From Candidatus Heimdallarchaeota archaeon (GTDB lineage: Archaea > Asgardarchaeota > Heimdallarchaeia > Heimdallarchaeales > Heimdallarchaeaceae), in assembly GCA_030603365.1 (NCBI GenBank), contig JAUVXV010000001.1, positions 64,001-128,000 on the forward strand: 64,000 bases of DNA. Direction: 5' to 3'. Under the pieces are notes generated by a model, which was given only the letters and a program-made list of their open reading frames with translations, ran no database searches and had not been told where the DNA came from. Position 1 is the stretch's first letter. Each line of letters begins with the position of its first letter. This document shows positions 50,351 to 60,572 of this stretch, one piece after another. The translations under genes and the position numbers were made by a program.

Positions 50351-50989
50351 ATGTCAAGACGAAGAAGAGGTTTCAGGAAGATACGAAAATTACAACAAAA
50401 GCAGAAGAAACAAGGTCCATTATATAGAGTGCCTTTCAGAAGACGCAGAGAAATGAAAACTGACTATCAACAACGTAAAAGACTCTTAAAATCTGGAAAA
50501 ATACGTTTTGTAGCCCGTCCTTCTAACAAGCAAGTTTTAGTTCAATTTGTTGAATCTAAAATAGGTGGAGACCAAACTTTTATTCAAGTAAGTTCAAATG
50601 ACTTGAAGAAACATGGATGGGATGTAGCTACCTCAAATCTTCCAGCTGCTTATCTTACTGGTTATCTAGCTGGAAAGAAAGCTATTAAGGCAAAGATTAA
50701 GGAAGCTATTCTGGATGTAGGAACTTTTACTGTAAACCCAGGTACAAGACTTTTTGCTACATTGAAGGGTGTTGTTGATGCAGGTATTGAAGTGCCTTAT
50801 AATGAAAGGATGATACCCTCTGAAGAAAGAATCAGAGGTGAGCATATCAAGGAACATGCAAAACTATTGGCAAAAGAAGATAAAGAGAAATATGACATAA
50901 TATTCTCAAAATATCTTGCGGCTAATAAGAAACCTGAAGATTTGCCAAAATTGTTTGAAGCAACCAAATCTAAAATCGACACAATATAA
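50351..50989 (+). CDS. rpl18: 50S ribosomal protein L18 (uL18)
   Basis: YRVPFRRRRE.KTDY, NLPAAYLTG. Confidence 0.96.
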   Translation: MSRRRRGFRKIRKLQQKQKKQGPLYRVPFRRRREMKTDYQQRKRLLKSGKIRFVARPSNKQVLVQFVESKIGGDQTFIQVSSNDLKKHGWDVATSNLPAAYLTGYLAGKKAIKAKIKEAILDVGTFTVNPGTRLFATLKGVVDAGIEVPYNERMIPSEERIRGEHIKEHAKLLAKEDKEKYDIIFSKYLAANKKPEDLPKLFEATKSKIDTI

Positions 50990-51003
50990 TGAGGTAGTAA
51001 AAA

Positions 51004-51642
51004 ATGAGTAGAAATATGTATATGGATTTAGATGAATGGGTACCCCGAACTCGAGTTGGAAGACTTGTAAAAGAGGGTAGAATCTCCACAATCGATGAGA
51101 TATTCCAGCAAGGATTACCTCTGGTTGAATCTGAGATAGTTGACATGCTTTTCGGTGATACCTTAGAAGATAATGTTGTTGATATTAGTTTGGTGCAAAG
51201 ACAAACAGACGCTGGTAGAAAAAGAAAATTCAGAGCCACAGTTGTTGTTGGCAACAAAAACGGTTATGTTGGTGTCGGAGAAGCCAAATTAAAAGAAATT
51301 GGACCTGCAATCAAGAAAGCAATTGTTAATGCAAAATTAAACATACGCCCAATTAGACGAGGGTGTGGATCATGGGAATGTTCATGCGGAACCCCTCATA
51401 CTGTTCCATACAAAGTAACTGGAAAAGTTGGGTCTACAAAAGTAATTCTTTATCCCGCTCCACGAGGTCTAGGACTAGTGGTTGGTAATGTTGCAAAAAC
51501 AGTGTTGGAACTAGCTGGTATATCGGATGTTTGGAGTAAAACATTTGGTGAAACAAGAACAACATCTAACTTTGCAAAAGCAACTTTTGAATCATTGAAA
51601 AACAGCTATGAAATCATGGCTCCATATGATTGGACAAGCTAA
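51004..51642 (+). CDS. rps5: 30S ribosomal protein S5
   Basis: [29 protein letters not shown]. Confidence 0.97.
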   Translation: MSRNMYMDLDEWVPRTRVGRLVKEGRISTIDEIFQQGLPLVESEIVDMLFGDTLEDNVVDISLVQRQTDAGRKRKFRATVVVGNKNGYVGVGEAKLKEIGPAIKKAIVNAKLNIRPIRRGCGSWECSCGTPHTVPYKVTGKVGSTKVILYPAPRGLGLVVGNVAKTVLELAGISDVWSKTFGETRTTSNFAKATFESLKNSYEIMAPYDWTS

Positions 51643-51656
51643 GGACGTAGATATGA

Positions 51657-52145
51657 ATGAGTCAAAAGCAAGAAAAACCAGAATTGTTAGCAGTTATTCG
51701 TTTGAGAGGTAAAGTTAATGTTCATTTCAAAGTGCAAGAAACTCTCGATATGTTAAACATTCGAAGATCAAACTATATGACATTAGTGCCAAACACTCCC
51801 TCTTTCCTAGGCATGCTAAAGAAAGCAAAAGATTGTGTAACTTGGGGTGAAATCAACAAGAAAGCTCTTGAACACGTGTTAATGAAACGCGGTGAACTTC
51901 CTGGAAAGACCAAAATCACTAACAAATATTTGAAAGACCACACCCCTTATACAACAATCAAAGCATTATCAAAAGCATTCCTTGCATGTGAAGTAGATTT
52001 CAAAGATGTCCCAGAAATGAAGAGATTCTTTAGACTACATCCTGCTAGAAAAGGATACAAGAAAGTTAAAAGAGGCTTTGCAGAAGGTGGTGAACTAGGT
52101 TATAGAGGATCCGCTATAAATGAGTTAATTATAAGGATGGCATGA
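51657..52145 (+). CDS. rpl30: 50S ribosomal protein L30 (uL30)
   Basis: VIRLRG, TWGE, FRLHPARKG. Confidence 0.95.
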   Translation: MSQKQEKPELLAVIRLRGKVNVHFKVQETLDMLNIRRSNYMTLVPNTPSFLGMLKKAKDCVTWGEINKKALEHVLMKRGELPGKTKITNKYLKDHTPYTTIKALSKAFLACEVDFKDVPEMKRFFRLHPARKGYKKVKRGFAEGGELGYRGSAINELIIRMA

Positions 52146-52149
52146 TAAA

Positions 52150-52593
52150 ATGACTGTAAGAACTAGAAAACGAGTAAGAAAACAACGTGGTTATAGAACA
52201 CATGGATGGGGCATAACAAGACCTCATCGTGGAAGTGGTATGAGAGGCGGAGTTGGTAATGCTGGTCCAAAATCACATCATAAACTTCTTGTAATTATAG
52301 GAAAACGACCCCCAATAGGAAAGAGAGGTTTCATTGTCCCTCCATCTGTAGTTGAAGATGTCCCCACAATTAATGTTTCCCATTTAGAAGCTATGTTACC
52401 AACTTTATTAAAGGAAGGTAGTGCAACCCAAAAAGCTAATGTTTATCAGATTAATCTTATCGAATTGGGATATTCAAAGCTTTTAGCACAAGGGTCAGTT
52501 TCTGCTCCTATGAATATAACTGTTAAATATGCTTCTAAAAGAGCAATCAGCAAAGTTAAAGCTGCTGGTGGCAAAGTGAATCTAAAAGAATAA
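52150..52593 (+). CDS. rpl15: 50S ribosomal protein L15
   Basis: RG.RTHGWG, HRGSG.RGG.G.AG, KVKAAGG. Confidence 0.95.
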   Translation: MTVRTRKRVRKQRGYRTHGWGITRPHRGSGMRGGVGNAGPKSHHKLLVIIGKRPPIGKRGFIVPPSVVEDVPTINVSHLEAMLPTLLKEGSATQKANVYQINLIELGYSKLLAQGSVSAPMNITVKYASKRAISKVKAAGGKVNLKE

Positions 52594-52686
52594 TCTCTTT
52601 ACTTTTTTCACTTTTTACTCTCTTTTTTTTATTGAATTTGCTTCCGAAAACCTTTTGTTTGAATGATATAATCTGAATCGAAGATT

Positions 52687-53301
52687 ATGAAAGTTTTTAT
52701 TCTTGTAGGACTGCAAATGAGTGGAAAATCATCTCATGGTCATAGGTTAAGGGAGGAAGAAGGTATCCCGATGGTTGAAACTGGGCATGCCGTTTACTAC
52801 GAGTTAAAAAGACAAAAACTTCATGTTAATCACGAAAATACTACTAAAGTTATTCAATCTCTTTTATCTCAAGATCCTATCGCTTTTGCACGAACAATTT
52901 TAGATTATGAAAAGGATAAATATGAAAATTCTGAAACATTGATTCTAAACGGAGTGAAATCCCCTGCTGAAATTAAATATTCTAGAAAACGATTTGGCAA
53001 GGATAATGTGAGTGTTCTTGGTTTTCATTCTTGTCAAAAAACAAGATTTAACCGAGTTAATAATCCTGATCGATTTGCAGTATCAGGAAAGTTTCTTGAA
53101 AAAACTCAGGAAGATCAAGATTTAGCAAAATGGGAAAATTTCATTAGCAGAGATGTTCGTGAAATAGGTCTAGGAATAGGAAGTGCTTTAGCCACAGCAA
53201 ATGAAATAGTTATTACCGAAGATGAGAATTGGCCATTCTACTCTTTTGATATATCTTACGATCATTTTCGTAATTTTATATTGAGTGGAATAAAAACTTA
53301 A
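52687..53301 (+). CDS. P-loop nucleotide kinase (UPF0200/dephospho-CoA kinase-like)
   Basis: GLQMSGKS, GVKSPAE, F..RD.RE...GIG. Confidence 0.75.
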   Translation: MKVFILVGLQMSGKSSHGHRLREEEGIPMVETGHAVYYELKRQKLHVNHENTTKVIQSLLSQDPIAFARTILDYEKDKYENSETLILNGVKSPAEIKYSRKRFGKDNVSVLGFHSCQKTRFNRVNNPDRFAVSGKFLEKTQEDQDLAKWENFISRDVREIGLGIGSALATANEIVITEDENWPFYSFDISYDHFRNFILSGIKT

Positions 53302-53320
53302 GAAGATTTTTCAGAATGAA

Positions 53321-54334
53321 CTAATTATCCTTTTTTTGACTCGGATAAGTTCCGATTTGCATAATTACTCTATTTACACTTGCAAGAAGCCCTTGTTCCT
53401 TACTTTTCAGATTTTCAGAATCAAGTTGTGCTTCACCGAGACCAATTAATTCATGTTTCAAAGTGAAAATCCCTACCATATTTCCTTTACTAAAATTATT
53501 GGTGAATTTTGACACTCCTGGCATTGCTAGGGGAGCACCATGACATAGAGAGTCTACTGTGCTATCTTTGACAAAGATTTTTGGCAGATGTGTTACACCC
53601 ATCTCCATTGGCAGAATTATATTTCTAAGTGGGATTTCATCCTTTTCTTCTTCTAGCCACATATAGGCATCATACAAATCTTGAAGCGTTGCTAGATATT
53701 TTTTCTCTGAGAACGGACCTGAACGTATCCTTCTCAGTTCTTTCATGTGTGCGCCACAAGACAGACTTTGACCTATATCATGTGCATACTTTCGGATATA
53801 AGTCCCTGCTTGACATTTAATCCTGAACAGTACTTCTCTCTCTTTGATGTCTATAATCTCATTTTCATAGACCTTTCTAACCCTTAATACACGCTTAACA
53901 CTCGAACGAAATGGTGGGCGTTGATATATATCTCCCACATACTCATTCATTATTTCCTTGATTCTCTCTTCTTCAACATCTTTATGTAAGCGCATATTGC
54001 AAACATATTCCTTACCCGCAAGAAGTAATGTACCTAAAATTTTTGTAGCTCTACCTAAAGCAATAGGAAGAACACCTGTAACAAGTGGATCTAGGGTACC
54101 TGAATGGCCAGCTTTTTGTAGATTTAACATCTTCTTAACGTAACTTACTACTTCATGGCTAGTTGGTCGAGGGGGTTTATCAAGATTAATAATTCCATAA
54201 TCTAGGAGCTCTTTTATCGATCTTTTCGATGGCATTTTTCCCCATTTATAGTCAGTTGTATCGCTTGATAACTCTACAATAGATTCTGATTCATCTTCAA
54301 AAGAAAGTTTTAGGGGAGTAAAAATCAAAGTCAT
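53321..54334 (-). CDS. cbf5: H/ACA pseudouridine synthase Cbf5
   Basis: DKP..PTSHEVV, GHSGTLDP, QRPP, GTYIR, PUA domain. Confidence 0.97.
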   Translation of the reverse strand: MTLIFTPLKLSFEDESESIVELSSDTTDYKWGKMPSKRSIKELLDYGIINLDKPPRPTSHEVVSYVKKMLNLQKAGHSGTLDPLVTGVLPIALGRATKILGTLLLAGKEYVCNMRLHKDVEEERIKEIMNEYVGDIYQRPPFRSSVKRVLRVRKVYENEIIDIKEREVLFRIKCQAGTYIRKYAHDIGQSLSCGAHMKELRRIRSGPFSEKKYLATLQDLYDAYMWLEEEKDEIPLRNIILPMEMGVTHLPKIFVKDSTVDSLCHGAPLAMPGVSKFTNNFSKGNMVGIFTLKHELIGLGEAQLDSENLKSKEQGLLASVNRVIMQIGTYPSQKKDN

Positions 54335-54378
54335 CTTTAACCAACTATAAAAAATAGGGATATAAAGTTTGAGGATAT

Positions 54379-54660
54379 CTAAACCTTAGGTATAATTGCC
54401 TCTTGCATGTAATCCTTCAAACTTCCAGCTTCAATTGCTGCTGCAACTTCTTCGTCTGTTGCATCTCTTTTAACTGAAACTACTTTGTCAGTAGGTTCAA
54501 TATGTCTGATATTGCATTTTCTTCGACGAACAGAAGTCAGTGATTGTGGGCCAGTAAGAAGGACATAATTTTGATCAATCAAATTTATAATAACTCCTTT
54601 TTTACCAGCTTCTCTTCCATTAGTTTTTACAACTACTCTTCCAATTTGGATTGCTGTCAT
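54379..54660 (-). CDS. rpl14e: 50S ribosomal protein L14e
   Basis: GRV.VK..GREAG, TGP, RRRKCN.RHIEP. Confidence 0.95.
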   Translation of the reverse strand: MTAIQIGRVVVKTNGREAGKKGVIINLIDQNYVLLTGPQSLTSVRRRKCNIRHIEPTDKVVSVKRDATDEEVAAAIEAGSLKDYMQEAIIPKV

Positions 54661-55250
54661 TTTTCTACACCTTTCATTTTTTTCTCAAATGCTAGTAATA
54701 TTATCTGAACACAGTCAGATGCACTAAATTTCTGCGAATTTAAGATTATATCGTATATAGTTAAATCAGAAATGTCGATTTTATACAGTTTTTGATATCT
54801 GCTTTTTTCTGATTCTTCTCTTGTTATTGTTTCTTGACGAGTTGTTTCGGCTGATTTATTTTCTCTTTGAATTATTCTCCCAATTCGTGTTTCAAACGGA
54901 GCTGTGATATATATCAACATATTTGCTATGTCTTTTAACATCCACCCACCTAATTGTGCATCAACAACGATATTGTCTTTTAATTTTGCCAGTTCAACTG
55001 TTTTATCATCAATAAACTTGTCAATTTCCTCTTGTAATTCAGCTTTTTTACTGAATTCCTCAAGATTCATGTTTGCGTTTTCTGCCATGTTTCTGAATAG
55101 TTCCCCTGCTGATATATACTCATAACCAAGTTTTTCTGCAACTTCTTTTGCTGCTGTACTTTTACCTGATCCATGGGGACCTGAAACAGCGATAATTGGC
55201 AAGTTAGCAACTTCCTCCCTTCTAGCTACGTACTTCGGCTTTGATAGCAC
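54657..55250 (-). CDS. cmk: Cytidylate kinase (true start probably ~55200)
   Basis: SGPHGSGKST, SAGELFR, RE.SE..RY..LY.ID. Confidence 0.93.
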   Translation of the reverse strand: MLSKPKYVARREEVANLPIIAVSGPHGSGKSTAAKEVAEKLGYEYISAGELFRNMAENANMNLEEFSKKAELQEEIDKFIDDKTVELAKLKDNIVVDAQLGGWMLKDIANMLIYITAPFETRIGRIIQRENKSAETTRQETITREESEKSRYQKLYKIDISDLTIYDIILNSQKFSASDCVQIILLAFEKKMKGVEK

Positions 55251-55485
55251 CTTTCAGACATCTTGTGCACAAATATCCTGCATGAACTCTAGATGGAAGG
55301 CGTTCAGAGCGAGACATCTTTCTTACTCTATTTTGTCTGCCGAATGCTACCCCATGAAGGATAGCTCCACATTTAGAACAATGTGGTTTCTTAGTTCTTT
55401 TTTCGATTCTAGTTAACTTTGTTTCAGATGGAGTTCTTTTCATCCTTGTTTTCGCGACACGTAACGAAGGTCTAACCATTTTCAT
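55222..55485 (-). CDS. rpl34e: 50S ribosomal protein L34e
   Basis: RTP, CSKCG..L.GV, P.R...G.LC..C. Confidence 0.92.
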   Translation of the reverse strand: MKMVRPSLRVAKTRMKRTPSETKLTRIEKRTKKPHCSKCGAILHGVAFGRQNRVRKMSRSERLPSRVHAGYLCTRCLKGAIKAEVRS

Positions 55486-55494
55486 TCCTCACGT

Positions 55495-56187
55495 TCATTT
55501 ATTCTTAGTAATTGTTTTCTTTTTAGCTAACTCAGCTTTGGCAGCTGATACAGGTGTTTTAACTATTTTGTGTTCTGGTTTCTTAATTTTGGTTTTTGTT
55601 GCTCCTGAAGGTGTAACTCCAAAAATCCTTGAAATTACGGATCCAAATGCAAATGCTGATATAAAGTACCAAATGGTAAATGAAGATTTTGAAAATATTC
55701 GTCCTTCAAATGATTCTTGTCCTAACCAAGATGCTGATCCAATCCATGGAAATTCTCCTAGATTGAAAGGTAACCACGCGTAGTAATGTCCTGCATCGCC
55801 AACAGGGAACGCATTTCTCATAACTGTAAATATCAGTAGAAACGGTATGATTGTAAACAGCATAGGTTTCATACGCTTAAACATCATTGATGATTGCATC
55901 TTCTTAATACGCTCTTCATCCCTTTTTACACTTAACCACAGTTTTTTATCAGCAGTGGACATAGCTTGTTTTTTGCGTTTATTCCACTCATTAACTTTTT
56001 GCATACTTTCCTTTAATGCATCAACATCTGTGACTAATCTAGTGATGAAGGTCGATAGAATTGCAATTAATACTGCAGTTACCGCTATCACCCACGCAGA
56101 TGTTGGGCGCTGATTCAACTGATTTGTTGTCATCCACTCTGTTATTCCTGTAAACCAACTATCCCAGAAGGCCATAATTAAAACCAT
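55495..56187 (-). CDS. EMC3/TMCO1 (DUF106, Oxa1 superfamily) membrane insertase
   Basis: TM-coiled coil-MKPMLFTIIP-TM...WYF; position next to rpl34e. Confidence 0.88.
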   Translation of the reverse strand: MVLIMAFWDSWFTGITEWMTTNQLNQRPTSAWVIAVTAVLIAILSTFITRLVTDVDALKESMQKVNEWNKRKKQAMSTADKKLWLSVKRDEERIKKMQSSMMFKRMKPMLFTIIPFLLIFTVMRNAFPVGDAGHYYAWLPFNLGEFPWIGSASWLGQESFEGRIFSKSSFTIWYFISAFAFGSVISRIFGVTPSGATKTKIKKPEHKIVKTPVSAAKAELAKKKTITKNK

Positions 56188-56267
56188 ATTCTGTGCTTAC
56201 TTACTCCAGAAATTATTTTCTTTTTAAAAGCTTTTGTAACTTGAGTATTCTAATCTCTACAAAATGC

Positions 56268-56990
56268 CTATGTTGAGTTCCTTAATAGAAGAAAAATATT
56301 TTCATTACCACTTGAACCACCAAGTTTCGTGCATTCCACTATTTCAAAATCACATTTTTCAATGATTTTAACCAATTCTCTCTTTGTAAACAGATGATAA
56401 TATCGCTTTGCAACGATTTCCTTATTGTTATTAAACCAAGACAAGTAGATGTCTCCATGCCTCCACAATCTGTTTTTTAATTTGTTATAAGGATAAATCA
56501 ATAGGTCTTTGAGCATCTCTCTTCTTGATCCTTTTTTCCATCTTCTCCAGCAAGAAACAATTAAATAAGTATTCTTCTTCAAAATCGCACTAACATCTCT
56601 CAATACTTTTACAACTTCTTTGCTGTTTCTTAAATGATGAAGTGTAGCGATACATATGGCAAAATCTGCAAAATTCTCTTTTAGAGGAAATGCTTTCATA
56701 TCATTATTTAGAGGGTAAATAATATTTTTTTCAGTAGAAATAGCGTTCTTTAACAATTCAAAAGAAATATCAGATGCAATATGTTCCCATTTCTGTTCTT
56801 CGAAAAGAAGAAGATTTCTACAGTTACCAGTCCCAATGTCAAGTAAAATCCCAGATGTAGGTAATGAGAAATTTTGCTTAACTAATACAATATAATCTTG
56901 AAAATCTTTCCAGGGTTTTTTCTTCAAACTTGTATATTTTGGAGAGATTTTCCTATATGCTTCTACTAGTTCATAATCTACATCTGTCAA
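56268..56990 (-). CDS. Class I SAM methyltransferase (Trm9/ALKBH8-like)
   Basis: LDIGTGNCRN, IATLHHL, RYYHLF. Confidence 0.8.
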   Translation of the reverse strand: MTDVDYELVEAYRKISPKYTSLKKKPWKDFQDYIVLVKQNFSLPTSGILLDIGTGNCRNLLLFEEQKWEHIASDISFELLKNAISTEKNIIYPLNNDMKAFPLKENFADFAICIATLHHLRNSKEVVKVLRDVSAILKKNTYLIVSCWRRWKKGSRREMLKDLLIYPYNKLKNRLWRHGDIYLSWFNNNKEIVAKRYYHLFTKRELVKIIEKCDFEIVECTKLGGSSGNENIFLLLRNST

Positions 56991-57126
56991 GATGAAAGGA
57001 CTATAGTAACATCCTATATCAACTTTCTTTTTTGAAAGAATGAATTATATCAGAATAAGAAATTTTATATATTAACTTTTGTTTACTCAAAATGAGTAAA
57101 TACTCTTTGGCAGTAGATGTGATAAA

Positions 57127-58077
57127 ATGGATTCTTTTAATATAGCAGTAATTGGAGTGGGGAGTTGGGGTAAAAATCATGCCCGTGTCTTTAGTGAAAT
57201 GGAAAACGTAAATCTTCATAGTATTTATGATTTAGATTACACCCATGCATCGAATTTAGCTCAGATTTACAATACTAAAGCAATAAAAAATCTTGATGAT
57301 TTACTACAAAATGAAGAAATCGATGCCATTACCATTGCTTCACCAACTTCAACACATGCAAAAATTGCGTTACAAGCAATAGAAAATAGTAAGCATGTTC
57401 TTATTGAAAAACCAATGACCAGTACAGTAGAAGAAGCAGAAAAAATACTTGATGCAGAAAAACAATATAATGTTATAGTGTCGGTTGGTTTCATTGAACG
57501 TTTTAATCCAATTATATCCCGATCTAAACAACTAATTAAAAATGAAGAATTAGGCGAACTTGTTTTAATAAGCGCAAGACGATTGGGACCTTACTGGCCA
57601 GATAGACTAAAAGATGTTGACGTTATTAGAGATGTAAGCATTCATGATATAGATGCGTTTAGATACTTATTAGCTAAAGAACCAAAATCAGTATATGCAA
57701 GAGGAGGAAAATTGAGACATTCATATCTTGATTATGCAGAGATTTTACTCGATTTTGAAAACGGAGTTACAGGATTCATTGAATCTAATTATCTTACACC
57801 ACATAAACTAAGAAAACTGATGTTAACTTGCGAAAAGGGAATTGTTGAAGCTGATTATATTTCCCAAGAGTATGTAATTGAAGATGCGGAATGGTTAAGA
57901 AAGAATAAAATGGAATGGCAAGAACCCCTAAGCAAAGAGATGTACGCTTTTGTTGATGCATGTTTAGGGAAAACTCCACCAGTAATAACTTCCTTAGACG
58001 GTGTAAATGCTCTGAAAATAGCTCTATCTTCCATAGAGAGTGTTGAAACTCACAAAGTAATTGATCTCGATTTATGA
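57127..58077 (+). CDS. Gfo/Idh/MocA NAD-dependent oxidoreductase (nucleotide-sugar dehydrogenase-like)
   Basis: GVGSWG..HAR, EKP, GFIERFNP, D..IHDID. Confidence 0.9.
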   Translation: MDSFNIAVIGVGSWGKNHARVFSEMENVNLHSIYDLDYTHASNLAQIYNTKAIKNLDDLLQNEEIDAITIASPTSTHAKIALQAIENSKHVLIEKPMTSTVEEAEKILDAEKQYNVIVSVGFIERFNPIISRSKQLIKNEELGELVLISARRLGPYWPDRLKDVDVIRDVSIHDIDAFRYLLAKEPKSVYARGGKLRHSYLDYAEILLDFENGVTGFIESNYLTPHKLRKLMLTCEKGIVEADYISQEYVIEDAEWLRKNKMEWQEPLSKEMYAFVDACLGKTPPVITSLDGVNALKIALSSIESVETHKVIDLDL

Positions 58078-58116
58078 GAATAAACTAAAAATAAGAAATA
58101 AAAAGGGAAGGAGATT

Positions 58117-59589
58117 TTATTGCAGCCCTAAGAAACCAGCTAATGCAGGTACTGTTTCGCTGACTTGCTCGCTTGCAAATATCTCATAATATTGTCTTAG
58201 AATACCTGTTGTAAGCAGAATTCCCGTACCAGTTCCTAGCGCTCCTAAGAAATCGGCAAACGCCGCTAGTACTCCTATGAAGAATCCTCCTAACCATGCT
58301 GCTGTTGGAATATACCTCTCTAAGTATTTTTCAACTATACGAGGATTTCTTCTGAAACCTGGTATTTGCATATTGGCATCTAAAAGTTGTTTTGCAACAT
58401 TCTTTGAGCTCATTCCCGCTGTATCTATCCAGATACGTGAGAATATACCACATAAGGCTATCATAAGAATTAGATAGATGATAGCATTAACTGGAAACGC
58501 TGCCACTTGTTCCGGCCCATACGGTGCCGTCGTATACGCCGCTATGCCGCTCGTAGGCGCGAGTTGTTCCGTTTGCCCCGGATCCGCGACATTTTCCCAC
58601 CGACCAAAGAAGTTCACAAAGAAGTACTTAAACCCTGATTCTTCCTTCCCCCAGTTGTTAAACATTAGATTTGAAACAAAGTAAATATTAGCAAATAATG
58701 CACTTACTAAAATGACAGGAATGTTTGATGTGTATAGGAATTTGATTGGATAACGTGCTGGCATTTTGTATTGACTGTGTTGAACTGGAATTTCAATCTT
58801 AACAGAATCAACATAGATTACAATTGCAAAAACAACTATTGTTGCAAGCAAGCCTATTAAATCAGGTGATCTTCCCGTTCTACTAAATGCATTTGCAATC
58901 TCAGTGCCAGGATTATCACTGAACAATCCTTGGAAGAAAGCAATAATACATCCTCTAGATTGAGTAGCAGTTTCTGGTTTAAGGCTGAACATACCATCAA
59001 AGATATTGAATGAGACACTAGCCGCAATAAAGAGACTTATCCCGCTACCCATCCCATACCCTTTCTGTATGACTTCATCCATTAATAATATAATGAAACC
59101 CGCAACAAGAAGTTGTAAAAGAATTATCATTATAGCTTCGATTCCTAAATCCTCTCTTGCTCCATAAGCTCCTCCAAGAATATATGCTAGAGCTTCAAAA
59201 ATGGTCATCAATACAGCAAGTATCTTTTGTGTCCCTGTATACAGCCCTCTTTCTTCAGGGTTAGTGAAATCTACTTTTATAATCTGAGACCCTACTAACA
59301 ACTGCATGATCAAACCAGCTGTTACTATAGGTCCTATTCCTAATTCAGCTAAAGTTCCTCTTTGAGATGCTAAAATTGCTCTCATCGCAAAGAATGGATC
59401 GGCACCCTCATCTCCCTTAGGTACTCCTACAATGGGGATGTTGAGCATAGTTAAGTATATTGCAAGGATTCCAAAAGTCCAGAATATCTTCTTCTTGAAA
59501 GAAGGTTTCCTTGCAGGTTTCTTCACTTCAAATATGAATCGTTGAAAGGGTTTGAATAGCAGTAAGAATTTTGACGTCATTGAAACCAC
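58117..59589 (-). CDS. secY: Preprotein translocase SecY/Sec61alpha
   Basis: ELGIGPIVTAG, GSGISLFIA, YTSNIPVIL, QIPGFR, GTGILL. Confidence 0.97.
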   Translation of the reverse strand: MVSMTSKFLLLFKPFQRFIFEVKKPARKPSFKKKIFWTFGILAIYLTMLNIPIVGVPKGDEGADPFFAMRAILASQRGTLAELGIGPIVTAGLIMQLLVGSQIIKVDFTNPEERGLYTGTQKILAVLMTIFEALAYILGGAYGAREDLGIEAIMIILLQLLVAGFIILLMDEVIQKGYGMGSGISLFIAASVSFNIFDGMFSLKPETATQSRGCIIAFFQGLFSDNPGTEIANAFSRTGRSPDLIGLLATIVVFAIVIYVDSVKIEIPVQHSQYKMPARYPIKFLYTSNIPVILVSALFANIYFVSNLMFNNWGKEESGFKYFFVNFFGRWENVADPGQTEQLAPTSGIAAYTTAPYGPEQVAAFPVNAIIYLILMIALCGIFSRIWIDTAGMSSKNVAKQLLDANMQIPGFRRNPRIVEKYLERYIPTAAWLGGFFIGVLAAFADFLGALGTGTGILLTTGILRQYYEIFASEQVSETVPALAGFLGLQ

Positions 59590-59823
59590 CGGTTCGATTT
59601 CAATCCCATTGATGTTCTTCTATTTATAAGCATTTTTCTGTATGTTACAAACAAAGAAAGAAAAAATTAATTATTAGGTGAAAAAACAGAACTCGATAGA
59701 ATATTTGTCTTTTTATCGATTGATAAAAAATAATTTTATTCTCATAACAAAACAAGAATTAGCATATTATGGCAATATTTTTAATATTATCCTTTTACAA
59801 AGTCTATTATTCTCTAATACTTC

Positions 59824-59907
59824 GCCAGGATACTCAAGCGGTATGAGGCTAGATTGGAAATCTAGTGCCATTATGGTTCCGGGGTTCAAATCCCCGTCCT
59901 GGCTCCA
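59824..59907 (+). tRNA. tRNA-Ser(GGA), CCA encoded
   Basis: GCCAGGA/TCCTGGC acceptor, CTAGA-TT-GGA-AA-TCTAG, long variable arm, GGTTCAAATCC. Confidence 0.92.
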
Positions 59908-60026
59908 TTGTTTCTAAACTTCTCTTTAGATTTTTGTCTTTGAAGCAAATGTTTAAAAAAATCATCTGCACCCTCCAACTAAAGTCATTTGTGCTATTAT
60001 ATAATAGTTGGAAAGCACTGGGCGAA

Positions 60027-60093
60027 GCTCTACGGGAAAAAACCCATTTCTGACAGAGTTCAGAAACAGGAGCACCACAACTGCGGGTTGTGG
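60027..60093 (+). promoter_or_regulatory. Putative structured leader of rps13-rps4-rps11 operon
   Basis: GCTC/GAGC closing GGG/CCC and TTTCTGA/TCAGAAA hairpins, then CCACAAC/GTTGTGG hairpin; TTATATAA TATA ~59997. Confidence 0.6.
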
Positions 60094-60118
60094 AATACAA
60101 AACAAACAAAGTGATAAC

Positions 60119-60562
60119 ATGTCATTTCGCCATTTAGTTAGGATAAAGTCTACTGATCTTGAAGGATATCTTACTGTTACTTTGGGACTATCAAAAATCT
60201 CTGGAGTAAATAGAAGATTAGCTGAAGCAATTGTGCGAACTTTAAAGATACCTATGTCTGAACGCGTAGGTTTTCTTACCGATGCTACTATAAAGGAAAT
60301 AGAGCGCATTATTAGTGACCCTACTTCAGCTGGAATCCCAGCTTGGTTAGTAAATAGAAGGAAAGATCGTCAAACCGGTGACGATTTACACATTACTGAA
60401 GCACAACTTATCTTGCAAACTAAGCAAGATGTTGAAAGATACATACGTATTCGTAGTCGTAGAGGAATTAGACACCAATTCAAACTCAAAGTTAGAGGTC
60501 AAAGAACCAGAACTCATGGTCAGCGAGGAACTACTGTGGGTGTCTCAAAGAAGAAAAGATAA
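60119..60562 (+). CDS. rps13: 30S ribosomal protein S13
   Basis: FRHLVRI, IP.WL.NRRKD, RG.RH...LKVRGQRT; start at MSFR. Confidence 0.96.
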   Translation: MSFRHLVRIKSTDLEGYLTVTLGLSKISGVNRRLAEAIVRTLKIPMSERVGFLTDATIKEIERIISDPTSAGIPAWLVNRRKDRQTGDDLHITEAQLILQTKQDVERYIRIRSRRGIRHQFKLKVRGQRTRTHGQRGTTVGVSKKKR

Positions 60563-60572
60563 GGTGGATTGA

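Noticed and set aside
60008-60118. N-terminal extension of S13
   Set aside because: No S13 similarity; region behaves as a structured 5' leader
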